Source: Octopus vulgaris (lineage: Eukaryota). Taken from it: DNA of 64,000 nt. How positions within the stretch are numbered: position 1 is the first letter of the stretch; each line of letters begins with the position of its first letter. A program made the translations under genes and the position numbers. Shown piece after piece: positions 1 to 13,067 of this stretch. The stretch spans positions 120,652,001 through 120,716,000 of the forward strand of contig OX597815.1 in the NCBI GenBank assembly GCA_951406725.2, written 5' to 3'. The notes beneath the pieces were generated by a model. That model was not told the DNA's origin and did not search any database. It worked only from the letters and a program-made list of their open reading frames with translations.

Positions 1-556
1 TTAAATTCAGTTTTTCAAAAATTTTGAATATAACTGAATTTCAATGGAAAATACATCCTTTTTAATCGTGATACTTGCAGGCGTACCATTTTATAAATTG
101 CAGCTAACACACATACACATAAATTCGCATGCATATTTTAGTATACTAGATTTGTAAGCGTCGATAAATGAAACTGAATGAAGATTAATTAAAAATTCTA
201 TATTTATACTTCACATATATTTTTTCTGTATGGAATTATAAAGCAGTATTTGTTGAATAGATCTCCTGTACCGCAATGTCATGAAACCAACCACTGAAAA
301 CGGTGGAATTGTTCTTTAAAAACCATAAAGGGTCAATCGACTAGTTTATCATTACAGTATATATCTCATATGCATATTATAATAAGCTAATTTAGTTCCC
401 TCAACTGAGGAATACCAAAGCCATAAGTTGCTAAAACTTCCTTTCTAGAGGTATTTGAAATATATAAAATACAAACAAAAGAGTTAAAAAGTTTTGATAA
501 CACACTCAGTGCAGAATTGAACGGATTTTGTCTTTAAAGCTAACTGCTGGAAGTAC

Positions 557-597
557 ATTTTACATGTTTCGATATTATTAGAGCTTCTCAGCAAAAT
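557..597 (-). ncRNA. degenerate minimal hammerhead motif (PLE-type)
   Basis: Minus strand reads ttttg-CUGAGAA-gcucuaauaauauc-GAAA-CAUG-UA-aaau. Stem III is palindromic; core and stem II are damaged. Confidence 0.35.
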
Positions 598-635
598 ACA
601 TTCTCAGTCGACAGACTAATGAATGATATGCATGT

Positions 636-671
<36 letters not shown>

Positions 672-2914
672 GGATAGAGTGGCGTTGATTATGAATTGCA
701 ACATTATAGCTGAACAGGAATTATAGCAGTGGACTAGCTGTTCTACATACTAAATACAAGTACATTCAAGACCCACATGTATAAATAATATAGTTAGTGT
801 TGAAAGTGCTTCGATCCACCGGGATTATCTATACAATAATTAAGATCTCCTTCCCGAAGGTCTTTTAAATCTGATTACTTGTTTTGTAAGTTGCTTGAAC
901 TTTTCTTATGTTTGCCAGCTTTAGTTGCTTAGGGTAGTCGTTGTTTTTGTAGCATTCTAAATGCAAGGGCGTAATATATTTGAGGGAAGATGTATGCGGT
1001 CGACTTAATCAACCCCAATACACAACAGCTATTTATTTTATCGTCGGAAAAGAGAAAAATAAAATCGGGCCCGGCACAATTTCAACTAGTATTGCAAGGG
1101 ATTTTACCCAACACTCTACTGAATCATCTTTGACTGCATGAATAAGTTTTAAGTTAAAACTCCAGCCACGAAACTGATGCTGTTTTGTTCTGAATACTAT
1201 CGCTACACGAATAAAAATATCTATACGGACGTTTTCGGAAGCAACGACTGAGACTAAATTAAGACAGCAAAAATGAATGTGAAAAAAAATGTATATATTG
1301 GAAGTTGAATGTAGTGTCACATAATTCATAGCGAAATAATAAAAGAAAGGAATAGACTATAGATCCGATCAAGTGTTGTTAGGATAATTGCTTAAAAACT
1401 ACGTGGTTTTTAATGCTTTTTTTAACGTAGCTTATGCTGTCATGAAAATATAACTTGTTTAATAAAAATGAATAAATAACGGGTCAGATAAATTTTGCAG
1501 CGGATCATTTGTCGGTTGTTCGTGGATTTATATGTTAAATTCTGAATTAATTCATCTGTTTCATATTTCACGAAAAAGTTTATTACCAATAGAATGAAAT
1601 TTCTGAGCTAATGACCTCCGGTTGCGGTATCATGCTTTGAGGGTGACAATCACCTTGTCACTGTCATGAAAAGACAACCTCTCGCTTCAGGAAGTTTTCT
1701 GTTTTCTTTTTTCAACGGATTGATTAATTTTTGTCGTATGTAAAGAGTCAAGCTTTTAGATGTGTGCCTAACAAAGGAAATTAAACAAGAAGTTAGAAGT
1801 ATTGCAAGCCGATAGAGGTTAGATTCTTGAGTGGGAGCATACATGAACTACATGCCAGTCTTGTTACTTACTACCCATCAGATTAAATATTATTTAGTGC
1901 CCTGACAACCAAGCTATGTAGTCTTTACATGCTTAATATCTCACGCGTCGTTTTCCCAATGTAATTTATTGGGTTGATCATAAATGGTTATTGAATAAGC
2001 TTTTGTGTGTATAGAACATTTAGAAATTCACTAGTTGCTACTGCAGTCACGTCAACACTTCGGTGATCATATACTTGTTTTCTAAATCTTATTTTTTCAA
2101 GTTAATAAATACAAACTAATGCAAGTCGTTCTATTTAGTTCGCATACGGCGTTGTTATAAATTAGCAAGGATATAGTTATTACTTGCATATAACGTAGTT
2201 TCAATTCGTAACTGATATCTTAGATTTTTCAACCGCAAATTTTGTTTACAGTTTATAATTTTCATAAGATTTCACTGTTTTTGTATTGTTTTAATTCTGA
2301 GTATTGTATCCAATGCTGATATTGTAACAAATAAATTGAATTCGAGGAAATGAGTGTATCAGATTCTTATTTCCTGTACGTGACTAGGGTAAAACCATGG
2401 CAGCAGATTTCGTTTTCGTGTTATATCAATCAACAACTTACCCTGGAGATGGGTATAATTTCCAGATTATATCCATGTATGAATTTGGACCCTGTGCTGC
2501 ACACTAATGAACCATTCACTAAATATACAATACCGCCACTGCGTACAATAGTAAACTGTAAACGTAAGTTTCAATTTCTTAATATCTCACCAATAAAGTT
2601 CAGGTACAATATTAGTATTATCGGAAAATTTTAATTAAAGAGAAAGTTTTCGAAGTTATTAATAAAAAAAGAGCTGGCAGTTTTAATAAATGGAATGAAA
2701 TAGAAGCAAACAATCTGGATAAGTCCAATAACATTGAAATGGCTTTCACGGAGTGGTTCGTTCAAACTGATGAAGTTTGTCAAGGTTGTGGTAGCATTAT
2801 CCACCATATCTTGTATAAACAAAAGAGGAATTGCTCTCGTCAGCAAGTCACATATCGAAAATACAAATAGAGAAACTTAATAAAAGCTAATTGACTGCTG
2901 TAAATTTCGTGCGT

Positions 2915-3011
2915 GACTTATTGGTTTGGGTGTTCGGCTTGCGATCGTAAGGTCGTGAATTCGATACCCAGTGACGCGTTGTGCAACACACTTTATTTCA
3001 CGTTGCTCCAA
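2915..3011 (+). mobile_element. tRNA-derived SINE head (same family as 25520-25850)
   Basis: B-box-like gaattcgatacc followed by ctttatttcacgttgctcca, which also occurs in the minus-strand copy near 25730. Confidence 0.7.
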
Positions 3012-4526
3012 TAACAAAAAGAGAAACAAAATATCTTTTAGTTGAGAAAAGGTCCCATTTTCAACGAAGATGATGTTTGGGTTCACATCTCTGAATTTTT
3101 AAACTTTTTTCAATCTTGATATATTCTACTTTACAAACGTCTGAATTTAGGTGACGACTACTTCTGTATATCTCTTTAACTATGGAATTCAATGAACCAC
3201 CAGATAATTCTTTACTTATTACCAAATTAGGTTTGCATAAATGCTTCTGAACTATTTGTTACAAATTCGAAATAAAATAATTTTAAAGCCTGATGTATCT
3301 TATATTTTTATTGAAATATATAAATAAAAAACTATAGAATTAAAAAAAATAATCTGGTTGAAAATAATATAAATTACAAGAGACTGAGCAGACGACACTT
3401 TGGTTTTGACAGTGTGAAGCAAAAGAGAGAAATCTCTGAATACAACACACATTATCACAAATACCATTTTCAGATAAGTTTATAGATCGGCTATCTATCC
3501 ATTCCCCACAGCTTAGTCCACATCAAATTGTATAGTAGCAGACTGAAATTCCTATAACTAATTTGCACCCAGAAACATTTATGTATTTTTTTTCTTCAAA
3601 TTGTCTTAATATTAACAATATGTTTCTTAAGGCCAGCTTTTAAGACGTACAGTTAGCTGACTCAATTTAAGAATTTTCATCTATCAATCTTATAGTTTAG
3701 ACATATTGCAATTGACTTCTTTAACTTAAAGGATAGAATGGTGAAGTGAAATAGTAATTTTAGTGTGAGGCCTTTTTCACTCTGCTTTTTTTTCTTAAAT
3801 AAAATTTTAAGTGCTTTCGTGAATATTCTAACGTTTCATGACATCGTACGCTTAACGAGGATTAAAACTGAAAAATCTAATTAAAATAGAGTATCATGAT
3901 TAGTAGGAATGTGTTTATCAAAGTTTTAAACAGATGCGTATGAGCGCTAGAAAACTGTTTGTGGGCTTTAAATTTAAGTGTTGAAATAGCCTGATCACAA
4001 ATGAGGAATTTTAAAAATCATCAGTTTATATTGCCTATTTATTTTTGTAAATTAAGTTTTGATGAAAATTCGGATAGCACACAATAATTTGTATTAAATT
4101 TCATATTCAGTATAAAATATAAACTTATAAATGTGCTTTTCTGTTTGTCAAACTCTGTTTCCAAATGTGTCACTTGTATTGTTCACGGTACTTAGAAATT
4201 TTATCTTACTTCCAAGAGTATCTAGCTGTAAAATTCATTGCTCATTCTTCTGCTTGTTTTGTTTGTGGTTGTTTGTATTTTCGAAATTTTGTCTTTAAGG
4301 CAGCATTGATTCTGCTTCTCCATGCTCTTTTGAGTAAATCTAAAGAAAAACAATGTTCAACTATGTTTTTTTCCTCCTCAAAAAGGGAAGGCATAAAAAA
4401 AGTGGAAACAGATCCCTTTTTAAGTTGTAGATATACTAGATACGACATACAAATAAAAAGGCAATTAAGAAAATTAAGAAATTGCAAATCCACGTGAAAC
4501 GTATCTTTGCGGGGCAAGGTAATAAC

Positions 4527-4701
4527 CCTTTCTACTAAAGGCACAAAACCTGAAATTTGCGGGGAGGAGAGCAGTCGATTATGTCATCCTTAGGATTTCA
4601 CTGATACTTAATGTAAAGGCAAAGTTAACCTCAGCGGAATTTGAACTCAGAACGTAAAGACGGACGAAGTACCGCTAAGTATTTTGCCCAGCTCGTCGCC
4701 T
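4527..4701 (-). mobile_element. SINE family A, internally deleted
   Basis: Reverse complement of the family consensus (ggcgagctggcagaa...gagttcaaattccgccgaggtcgactttgcc...ttgtgcc). Confidence 0.8.
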
Positions 4702-5178
4702 AAAACAAAAACAATATTAAGTAAAAATAAAAAAAACGTAGTGGGGAAATGTGGAAAAACGAAACAAAAGATAACACTGTGTACAGTTAAAATAAATAGT
4801 GAAAATGAAAAGAAATAGAAGACCTAAAGTTTTGGGTTATGCCTTTATAGAATAAAAGTGAATGGCTTATGTGAAGGAGGAGAAAATGAAATAGGACCAT
4901 ACCAAATTTACGAAGTCCGTTTACAATGCAGACGGGTATAATTAAGCTAGATATAAATAAAACAAATAAGAGCAATCCACCAACACACGGGTGAAAAGTC
5001 GTCACTTTAGTTTAATCGAGGCACACCACGATGCTAATTGCTTTCAGAGTCCGTATACTCTGCATCTGTATCACTGAAAATATTCGACCTCGAAATCCGT
5101 GTGCAACTCATGTGGTGGAGTAGGTGGCACACGTCCTCTTAATAGTAAAGATATGGCAGTTAATATTCCTTCCTATGA

Positions 5179-5395
5179 AAGGCGGTGAGCTGGCAGAAAA
5201 GTTAGTGCGCCGGGCGAAATGCTTTGCTGTATTTCGTCTGTCTTAACGTTCTGAGTTCAAATTCCGCAGAGGTCGGCTTTTCCTTTCATCCTTTCGGGGT
5301 AGATAAATTAAGTACCATTTGCGTACTGGGGGCGATCTAGTCGACTGGCCCCCTCCCCAAATATTTCGGGACTTGTGCCTAGAGTAGAAAAGAAT
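5179..5395 (+). mobile_element. SINE family A, near full length (~215 bp)
   Basis: aaggcggtgagctggcagaa...gagttcaaattcc (B box)...catcctttcgggg...ttgtgcctagagtagaaaaga; about 20 copies in the window. Confidence 0.9.
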
Positions 5396-7367
5396 ATCCC
5401 TCTGAGATAGTTTAATCTATTGATTGCTCCACATAATCGGAACTCATCTCTTCACAAATTTATACTTGTAATTTTCCTAAATCTTCATATAGTCCGCTTA
5501 AACTATCTCTCAAATTGGTGGTTTCTTATTCGAAACGTTTTAAACTTCATAATTTTCCATGAAGAGATGAGCTATTCTTCGGCTCACTTTTTAAAAAATT
5601 TTCTAAAGAGATTTTCTTTTTCCACTGTCCTCGATAATTTGTACTCTCGTTCTTCATGTCCTCATTACTGCAGTTCAATGAGTTAATGATACTGGTTGCG
5701 ACGGGTTAGAGAACCCTTGTTCATGGTTATCCTTGGAGCTGACACGGATCAGTTTCTGTGAATTGATGTTGTTGTTATTAACCGTGCTGTGCCTCACTCT
5801 CTCTCTCTCTCTCTCTCTCTTTGTGTACCTTTTCAGGTTCTCTGAGTTGCAAGCCACCAAATAGCTCTTATTCTCAAACATAGATCAGGAAGGCTTTCTG
5901 CTTTGCACAACCGGTCTTATCGCTATTCTTTCTTTGCTAACGATGAACGGCAGCTCCGGAATAATTCAGTGGTCATCTGAGTCATTTAGGACTTGCATGC
6001 CATACAGATTCCCACCCACCTCCCGCAACTGACCACATACCTTTTCTGGTCACCAATGCGCTTACCAGCTACTTATATTGTCTTGAAAAAGTTACAGCAA
6101 GCAAAGAATCAATGCTGATGCTAATATTTTTTTCTGCGATCCTTGAGTTGCGACATTCTGTGTAATGAATGCGTAAACAGTTTATGATGAGGAGTTTGAG
6201 GCACCATCTTGACCTGTTTTACTTTTGTTTTGAGTTTTTTTTCTGCTTTGTCCTCACTACTGAAAAACATGCACACACACACAAATATACTGCGCAACGG
6301 TCAGTGGCAACCATACTGTTCCACACATTGACTAGCGCTTCCTTTTATTCTTTCAAGACCATATTGAAAACTTTTCCATTTGTCGATATTCAAGAGTTTG
6401 AAGCTTTTCTTCTTCCCTTATTTCCGGTAAATTCATTAAAGCGAAGTTTGATATCTCTGACTGATAATATTAATGAAGCTGTTTTTATTACTGCCTCTGT
6501 TAAAGTTTTTTGACATCGCAGCTTATGTGTGCTGTAGTGCGAAAGTCTGTATTTACAAATGCAATCGTTTCCGAAATTGTTATTTTTTTCTCTATGTATT
6601 CTTTTCTTTTTAAAGTGCAAATATCTATGTTTGCTTGTTTAATTGTCTCATGTTTATCTTTCTTCTTGATATATGTTAAACGTTTGGAGGCATATTCCAC
6701 CACCGACACCACCGATTCAGTGGATGACATGCTTGCAAAATTTAAAAAAAAAAAATTATCTGACGGCAAAAAAATCCTCCCGCCAGAAAAGGAGTTAAAA
6801 AGACACAAAAACTAAACATCTCACCTATCCATGTAATGAGTTCACAAAACCAGACAGAAAAAAATATTTAATCGTAGAAGTAATCCGATATTTTTAAAAC
6901 TCCTGCAACTCGTATAAAACACATCTATTACTGGTAACCCTAATAGCAGTGATGATGATGCCTAACTTACGTACAAGGACAACAATTTTGAAGGGAATGA
7001 GCAACTCCATTTTATAGACACAGAGAAATGAAAATCCTCTGCCGGATTTGAATTTCGAACGTAAAGAAGTTGAAGAAATGCTGTAAGGTTTCTTCGGTAA
7101 CCAACTGATTTTACCAGCTTGCCGCCTTCAATAATAATGGTTTCTGATTTAAGCCCAAGACCAACAACTTTGAAGACTAGGTATTTGACTGGTACTTTGT
7201 CAAAGTCGAAAAGATGGAAGGCAAGGTTAACTCGACACGATTTGAACTCAAAACGTAAAGAATCAGAAGGCGTTTATTCCGACGCTGTTTTCAATCCATT
7301 GTAGTCTAATAATTGTTTTTATTATAAGCACAAGTTTGGAAGAAATGGAGTTAAAGGTTAAATATGG

Positions 7368-7512
7368 CCTCATAATTTAGCAGTTCGGCAAAAAAGACTG
7401 ATAGAATAATACCAGGCTTAAGAGAAATATGTACTAGTGTTGATTTGACCGACTAAATCATTCAAGGCGATGCCCCAGCATGGCCGCACTCCTGTAACTG
7501 AAACAAGTAAGA
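7368..7512 (+). mobile_element. SINE family B 3' half
   Basis: gttcggcaaaaaagactgatagaata...gccccagcatggccgca...actgaaacaagtaa matches the 3' part of the copy at 22356-22724. Confidence 0.8.
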
Positions 7513-7910
7513 TGAGGAATAATAAAGATAAATATGAATATATTTGGATCACTTAGGCGACACAAACAAAAATAACGTGTTTTATTTAACAGAGGCACTA
7601 TATTAAGGTATATGGTATTACCGTACTACAGCTGGAAAAGTTGTTTGATATATTGAGATATTTGAAAAGTAGCCTATTCTAGTTTGAGGTTATTCAAAGG
7701 CTCATGTTTTCAGCATTCTGTGGGTGACGGTACTTGTCAATGCTTATCTCTGGTTGGTTTAACAAGTTACTCCAATGTATGTTGACATTTTGTTTTGTCG
7801 TTCAAAGAGGATAAAAGGCCAAGTCACCTTAGACAAGACGACTGAATCGTAGATTGATGAGGCAGACAGGCATATGAACGGGCGCGCAGACACTCACCCA
7901 CTCGCGCGCG

Positions 7911-7988
<78 letters not shown>

Positions 7989-8151
7989 TGGTAGTTTTAA
8001 TTCTGTATGTTGGTATTTCACGTTCATTCAACGATAATCGGCTGCGCTGAGTAACTGCTTACAGGCTAAAGAGAAATGAAAATTACTTTACTGAAACAAC
8101 TTCTATATGTACGTGTTATATATAACATTTAAAATTTATTTTTATTTTCAG

Positions 8152-8182
<31 letters not shown>

Positions 8183-8239
8183 CATACATACATACATACA
8201 TACACTCACATACATATTCATATAGCGAAGAATATATTT

Positions 8240-8365
8240 AGAAAATATGGAATAAGATCAAGGCTTGACGCTCGGGAAAATGGAAAAAGTTAATAGGTGT
8301 AACGTTTCGTATATTGTCCTTCTTCGAATAGAGGAAAATGTAAAGAAAGATCAGGAGAGTAGGAA
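8240..8365 (-). mobile_element. degenerate solo PLE pseudo-LTR fragment
   Basis: gacgctcgggaa...taacgtttcg layout is shared with copies at 17730-17940, 33410-33601 and 40040-40236. Confidence 0.5.
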
Positions 8366-8837
8366 AAAGGAGGGTATATTAAAAGTGCAATTCTGCGAAT
8401 GAAACATACTTGGTCTCTAAGTCACGGAATTGGTTTATATGGACAAAACTGAAAGCTCTAAGGACATACATGTCCGTTTAATCTCACTCAGGCTGCCATT
8501 TTCGATCACGTCGGATCTATACCGTTTATTATAACTGTGTGTGTGTATTTGAAGTGCAATGAACAAAATCTTCAGTCATTGAGTTACATGTGATTTTTTT
8601 CCCCGATTCCTTACATTCTGTGATCAAATCCTACAGACGTCATCTTTGTCTTTTATCTTTTTGAAGATGGATAAAATAAAGTACCAGTCAAATACTGGAG
8701 TCGATGGCATCGACTAAACTCTACCCCTTAAAATTACTGACCTGGTGCCTAAATCGGGAGCAATTAGTGGGGAAAAGTAAGTTCTCTTTTGGTCAATGCC
8801 TCACTTAATTGAAATTTAATATTTTGTACAAAATTAA

Positions 8838-9043
8838 AGCGGTGAGATGGCAGAATTGTTTGCACGCTGGGCAAAATTCTTAGCGGCATTTCGACCATTT
8901 TTACGTTCTGAATTCAAATTCCGACGAGGTCGAATTTCCCTTACGTCCTTTCGGAGTCGATAAAATGAGTACCGCTTGAGCACCAGGGTCGATGTAATCC
9001 GCTACCCGAACTTACTGGCTTTGTACCAAAATTTGAAATCAAT
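8838..9043 (+). mobile_element. SINE family A
   Basis: Colinear with the 5179-5395 copy. A partial copy also lies at ~8630-8755. Confidence 0.85.
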
Positions 9044-9816
9044 ATTATAAATCGATTAAAATATTATTTACAACAGTATGGATGTTACTTTTCTGTCCAT
9101 GTATCTATGCTGGAGCGAGCGAGCGACCAATGCTGTCAGGTTGCGCACTTTTCCTATGCCCGGTCGAGTAACAGAGCGCCGCGGCTAGCGTGGAGAGTGC
9201 GAGTATGGGTGACGCCGACCGCAGCTGCAGATCTCGATGGTAGTAGCAAATATACTTTTTTAACATGAAACAGCGTTCACTCAGTTGCTTAGGTTTCATT
9301 TGGCATTTTCATTCGATCTTTTATGATATTAAAAAGCATTTCTATCATTCGATGAAAGAAACAACAGGATCAGTTAAAAAGTTAGCGTTTTTTTTCTGTA
9401 TCAGAGTTTGGTTTGTTAAAGCGGAGAAGGATGTTTTGAATTGTAGTATTTGAGATGTGTGTCTGCGTGCGCTTAATGCTGAATTGCAATTTTCCATCTG
9501 AAGTCCCTTTCTTTCTCGCTTTTTTTCTCTCTCTCACGCGTGTGGGCGTAAAAAAACCATGTGTCTTTATAAGTGAAATTAGTAGTAAAAATATTAAAAT
9601 ATCAGTATTTCCTGCCTGATTATTTGTAATCAACCATATGGATTCTACATAAACAACGCGACCCCAGTTTCTCTTTCTTTAGGGTCAGTTTACTTTATTA
9701 ACATCAGAAGAGAGAGAAAATACAAATTGTGTTGTTCATTAATTCATAATAGAATTAGCAACATAAGAAAATTGAAATAGTCACATTTGGGAAATCGACA
9801 GCGAATGGCAGACCGG

Positions 9817-9879
<63 letters not shown>

Positions 9880-10168
9880 ATCTCAACAGGCTCGCACCAT
9901 ATACTTGATTTAATTAGAATGAACTATATATTTTTCTTAATATCGGCTTTTCACAATGACTTAAACCCAAAAGGCATTCCATTCCTTCGGAAGTTGATCA
10001 GGGCGCTTACGTCTCTCGCTATCACTATCTCACAGGGTATGAAAAGGGCACAGAATTGGTTTATTGTATTATCACTCGCATTTTAGCATTCCTGTCCCTG
10101 TAATTGTCGAAAATAAAACATGGTTACTTTGATATCCATTCATTTCTTTTATATAGTGAAATACAACC

Positions 10169-10216
<48 letters not shown>

Positions 10217-10239
10217 GGGAAATAACAATCCGATCAACT

Positions 10240-10427
10240 TCCAAAATAAGGGCCTCAAAATTTTGGCAGAAGGCCAGCAGTTTGTTAAGGGCTTGCACAG
10301 TATTTATTTTATCGACCCCGAAAGGATGAAAGGCAAAGTTGATTTCAGCGGAAGTTGAACACAAAACGTAAAGACAGACGAAATGCCGCTAAATATTTTG
10401 TCTGACAATACCGCCAGCTTGCCGCCT
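10240..10427 (-). mobile_element. SINE family A
   Basis: atcgaccccgaaaggatgaaaggcaaagt...gccagcttgccgcctt. Confidence 0.85.
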
Positions 10428-10829
10428 TTTGTAATATAATAGCGCAATTATGCGATAAATCATACCAATATTATGAGTATCTTCATCAAAGCTTTTAAAG
10501 GTTTCATATGGAATCTCATTTTCGAAAATATACTTTTAGTCAAGCTGTCAATGGTAGCACTTATGAATGAAAATATATTAACTTTTCACCTTGCACCCCG
10601 ATAAATAATAACCGAAACTGAAGTACCGATGAAATTTAATTTTTCAAACTTTGATCTCTTTGCTTCAGTTAATTAAATATGACCTTCAAAGAAAAATCAA
10701 AGGAACAAAACTGTTTTTTCTAAATTCTCTTATTATAACGTTGACGTGGATCGGTCTTCGTTAGATCCTTGCACCTACCTTTAACACATATGCACAAACA
10801 CGCGCGCGCGTGTATGTGTGTGTTCTGTC

Positions 10830-11030
10830 TTGAGCCCTAGGACTCACCAGGCCGGTTACCCGGTTTTGATGGAATCTATCTGACCGAGATTACTGGCATT
10901 CCCTCTCAACAGGACGACGGTCCGTCTCAGTGTTACTGATTCACGACTAAATACAGTGGAGCAACATGGAATGAAGTATTTTGCTCAAGAATATATCGCG
11001 ACATCCGGTCTGAGAATCGACCATGAGACC
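10830..11030 (-). mobile_element. degenerate tRNA-derived SINE (related to 25520-25850 head and 24612-24866 tail)
   Basis: ggagcaac...tgaagt...ttgctcaagaa...ccggtc.g.gaatcga is shared with 25730-25795. Confidence 0.6.
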
Positions 11031-11144
11031 ATCACTATATACACACATATACTCATCAAATACGCATGCATATATATATATCAGTAGGAAAGTGTTCACA
11101 GTTTACATAGTTTTAATATATTTTAAATGAAAGAGGACTGTAGT

Positions 11145-11177
11145 TGTCGACCGGTTTCGCTTTCGCTAATCATGACA
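11145..11177 (-). ncRNA. minimal type I hammerhead with A3-U8 core variant
   Basis: Minus strand: uguc-AUGAUUA-GC-gaaa-GC-GAAA-CCGG-UC-gaca. Stems I and II pair; stem III is palindromic. Confidence 0.65.
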
Positions 11178-11254
11178 GTGAAATTATTATTTCGTATTTT
11201 CTTAAGAAAAATTTAGTCCACGTTCTTGTATGAAAATTGTGAATGAATCAACAA

Positions 11255-11295
<41 letters not shown>

Positions 11296-11649
11296 CTTAG
11301 GAATGGTAAAACATATTTTGTCATTCATAACTAAGCTACGTTCTTTCTGTATACGACATCACTAATCTTACGTTTATGTATGTGTTTTGCAATATTTCTT
11401 GATGTGAAATCGTGTGTTGAAACAAATATTCTTATACTTGAGAATGGTGTTTAATTGGCAAAATATGATCATCCGCAAGTATAACAACATCACCAATCTG
11501 TTGCATGTTAATTTTACCAGTTGTTTTATCCACGTATAAAATAAAGAAAAAGATAGAACTATTTTGCTATTTTACTTGGCAATGCAACAACATTTTTTTC
11601 GTCAAGATATACACTGAGTCCCATCTGTGTCGTTCTGTTTTTCTTTGTC

Positions 11650-11711
<62 letters not shown>

Positions 11712-11715
<4 letters not shown>

Positions 11716-12081
11716 CCGTTCTGTCTGTCAGTGTGTGTCTTTTAGGATCTTGGGCATCCTCCATCAGATTACGCTCAAATTTGATATGTAGATACCGACG
11801 GTATCAGGGCGTGTATAAGTCTTGAAAAAATTACAAAAATCGATTCCGGGTGAGAATGCGATCGATAAAACCGTAGGAACGTGCATTTGTAAAATCGTTT
11901 TTCTTGGAATAGAAAAAAGTCTATCTTTATTTCTTTTCTTTTGCTGGTGTCTTAAATTTAGGTTAAATCAGTGTTTGTCAAAGAGGAGGCCTATGGGACG
12001 GTCGGACAAGTTGTTTTGAGAAAATTTGGTTTAAATGTTTGATAACTCAGCACCGACCATTGGACGGGGCGCATTTTGCTC

Positions 12082-12083
<2 letters not shown>
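11712..12083 (+). mobile_element. probable non-autonomous Helitron in (TA)n
   Basis: 5' ctgtctgtc tract and gattacgctcaaattt. 3' end has the hairpin ccgacc-att-ggacgg ~12 nt before a CTAGT-like end (ctcgt). Flanked by (TA)n, no TIRs. Confidence 0.6.
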
Positions 12084-12119
<36 letters not shown>

Positions 12120-12796
12120 GAAAGAGAGAAATATATATGCATGTTTGTGTATGTGAGGGCGTATGTGCGTGTGTGTGCGACGTACATATGTGTAAATTAT
12201 TAAATGAATGTCGAAGGAACATTAGCTACATTATCGCTTTCATTAGCTAACAAATATTTCTGCTATAAGTAAGCGTTCACCCGGACCTGACTGCCAGTGC
12301 GACATCTTATAGCTTCCTCGGAGCAATTTGAATTATTAATTGCTACTACGCAAACTTCTGCCCTAATGGCTTACAGGTTATTGATAACGCTATGGCTGAT
12401 CAAAATATCTATCCATCTATCCATCCATCCATACATCCATCCATCCACACACGCTCACATTTCCAGTTAATGAAAACACACTCTCGCACGCGTTTGTGTG
12501 TGTGTGTATGTGTGTCCTCGTGTATGCATACAAACACACGTGTTTAGTTTTAGCTTTATTTGAACCAACATTTCCTTTTTCCCTCGGTAAACTGAAGCTT
12601 GTTTCTTTAAGACTGCGATACTTAAGAACAATGTGAAAATTCAACATAAATTAATGCAGAGCAATAAATAGCCCTAATTTTCAAAATCATAAAAATTTTT
12701 ATCCTCTGTGCGAAATGTTGTTTTGTCATTCCATGTTATATCGTGGAAAGTGGAGTAGAAGAAAAGTGTAATAATTAAAAAAGTTTGAGTAGTTCT

Positions 12797-12874
12797 GATC
12801 TGAAGATGGATGAGTTTGCTTGATTGATTCGTCCTTCACATATATTACAAACACTTCACATGAAACATGCCAGC
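12797..12874 (+). ncRNA. degenerate hammerhead with extended stem II
   Basis: CUGAAGA at 12800, hairpin ggaugaguu/gauucgucc, then GAAA-CAUG-CC at 12862. U16.1 is changed to C and stem I is weak. Confidence 0.4.
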
Positions 12875-12903
12875 TTTTGGAGGTTATTATTTCTTAAAGC
12901 GTT

Positions 12904-13067
12904 AAGGTGCCCGGATCACATAGCTGCTCACCGGTATCGGGGCGGAGATAGATGTACGCTAGTGCGAACCCTGTGAGTCAGAGAGGTTGTTTCAGCGCCA
13001 GCGCATCTCCCTTCGGGGCAACGCCTTTTCCATCTTGTCCGTTGGGACCGCAAGGCGGACTGACAAG
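12904..13067 (+). other. GC-rich structured-RNA-like island (rod hairpin plus small hairpin)
   Basis: Nested pairings aaggug/cgccuu, ugcuc/gggca, agaug/caucu, cgcu/agcg, gugc/gcgc, aacc/gguu, cug/cag; then cuuguc/gacaag enclosing cc-GCAA-gg. Confidence 0.5.
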
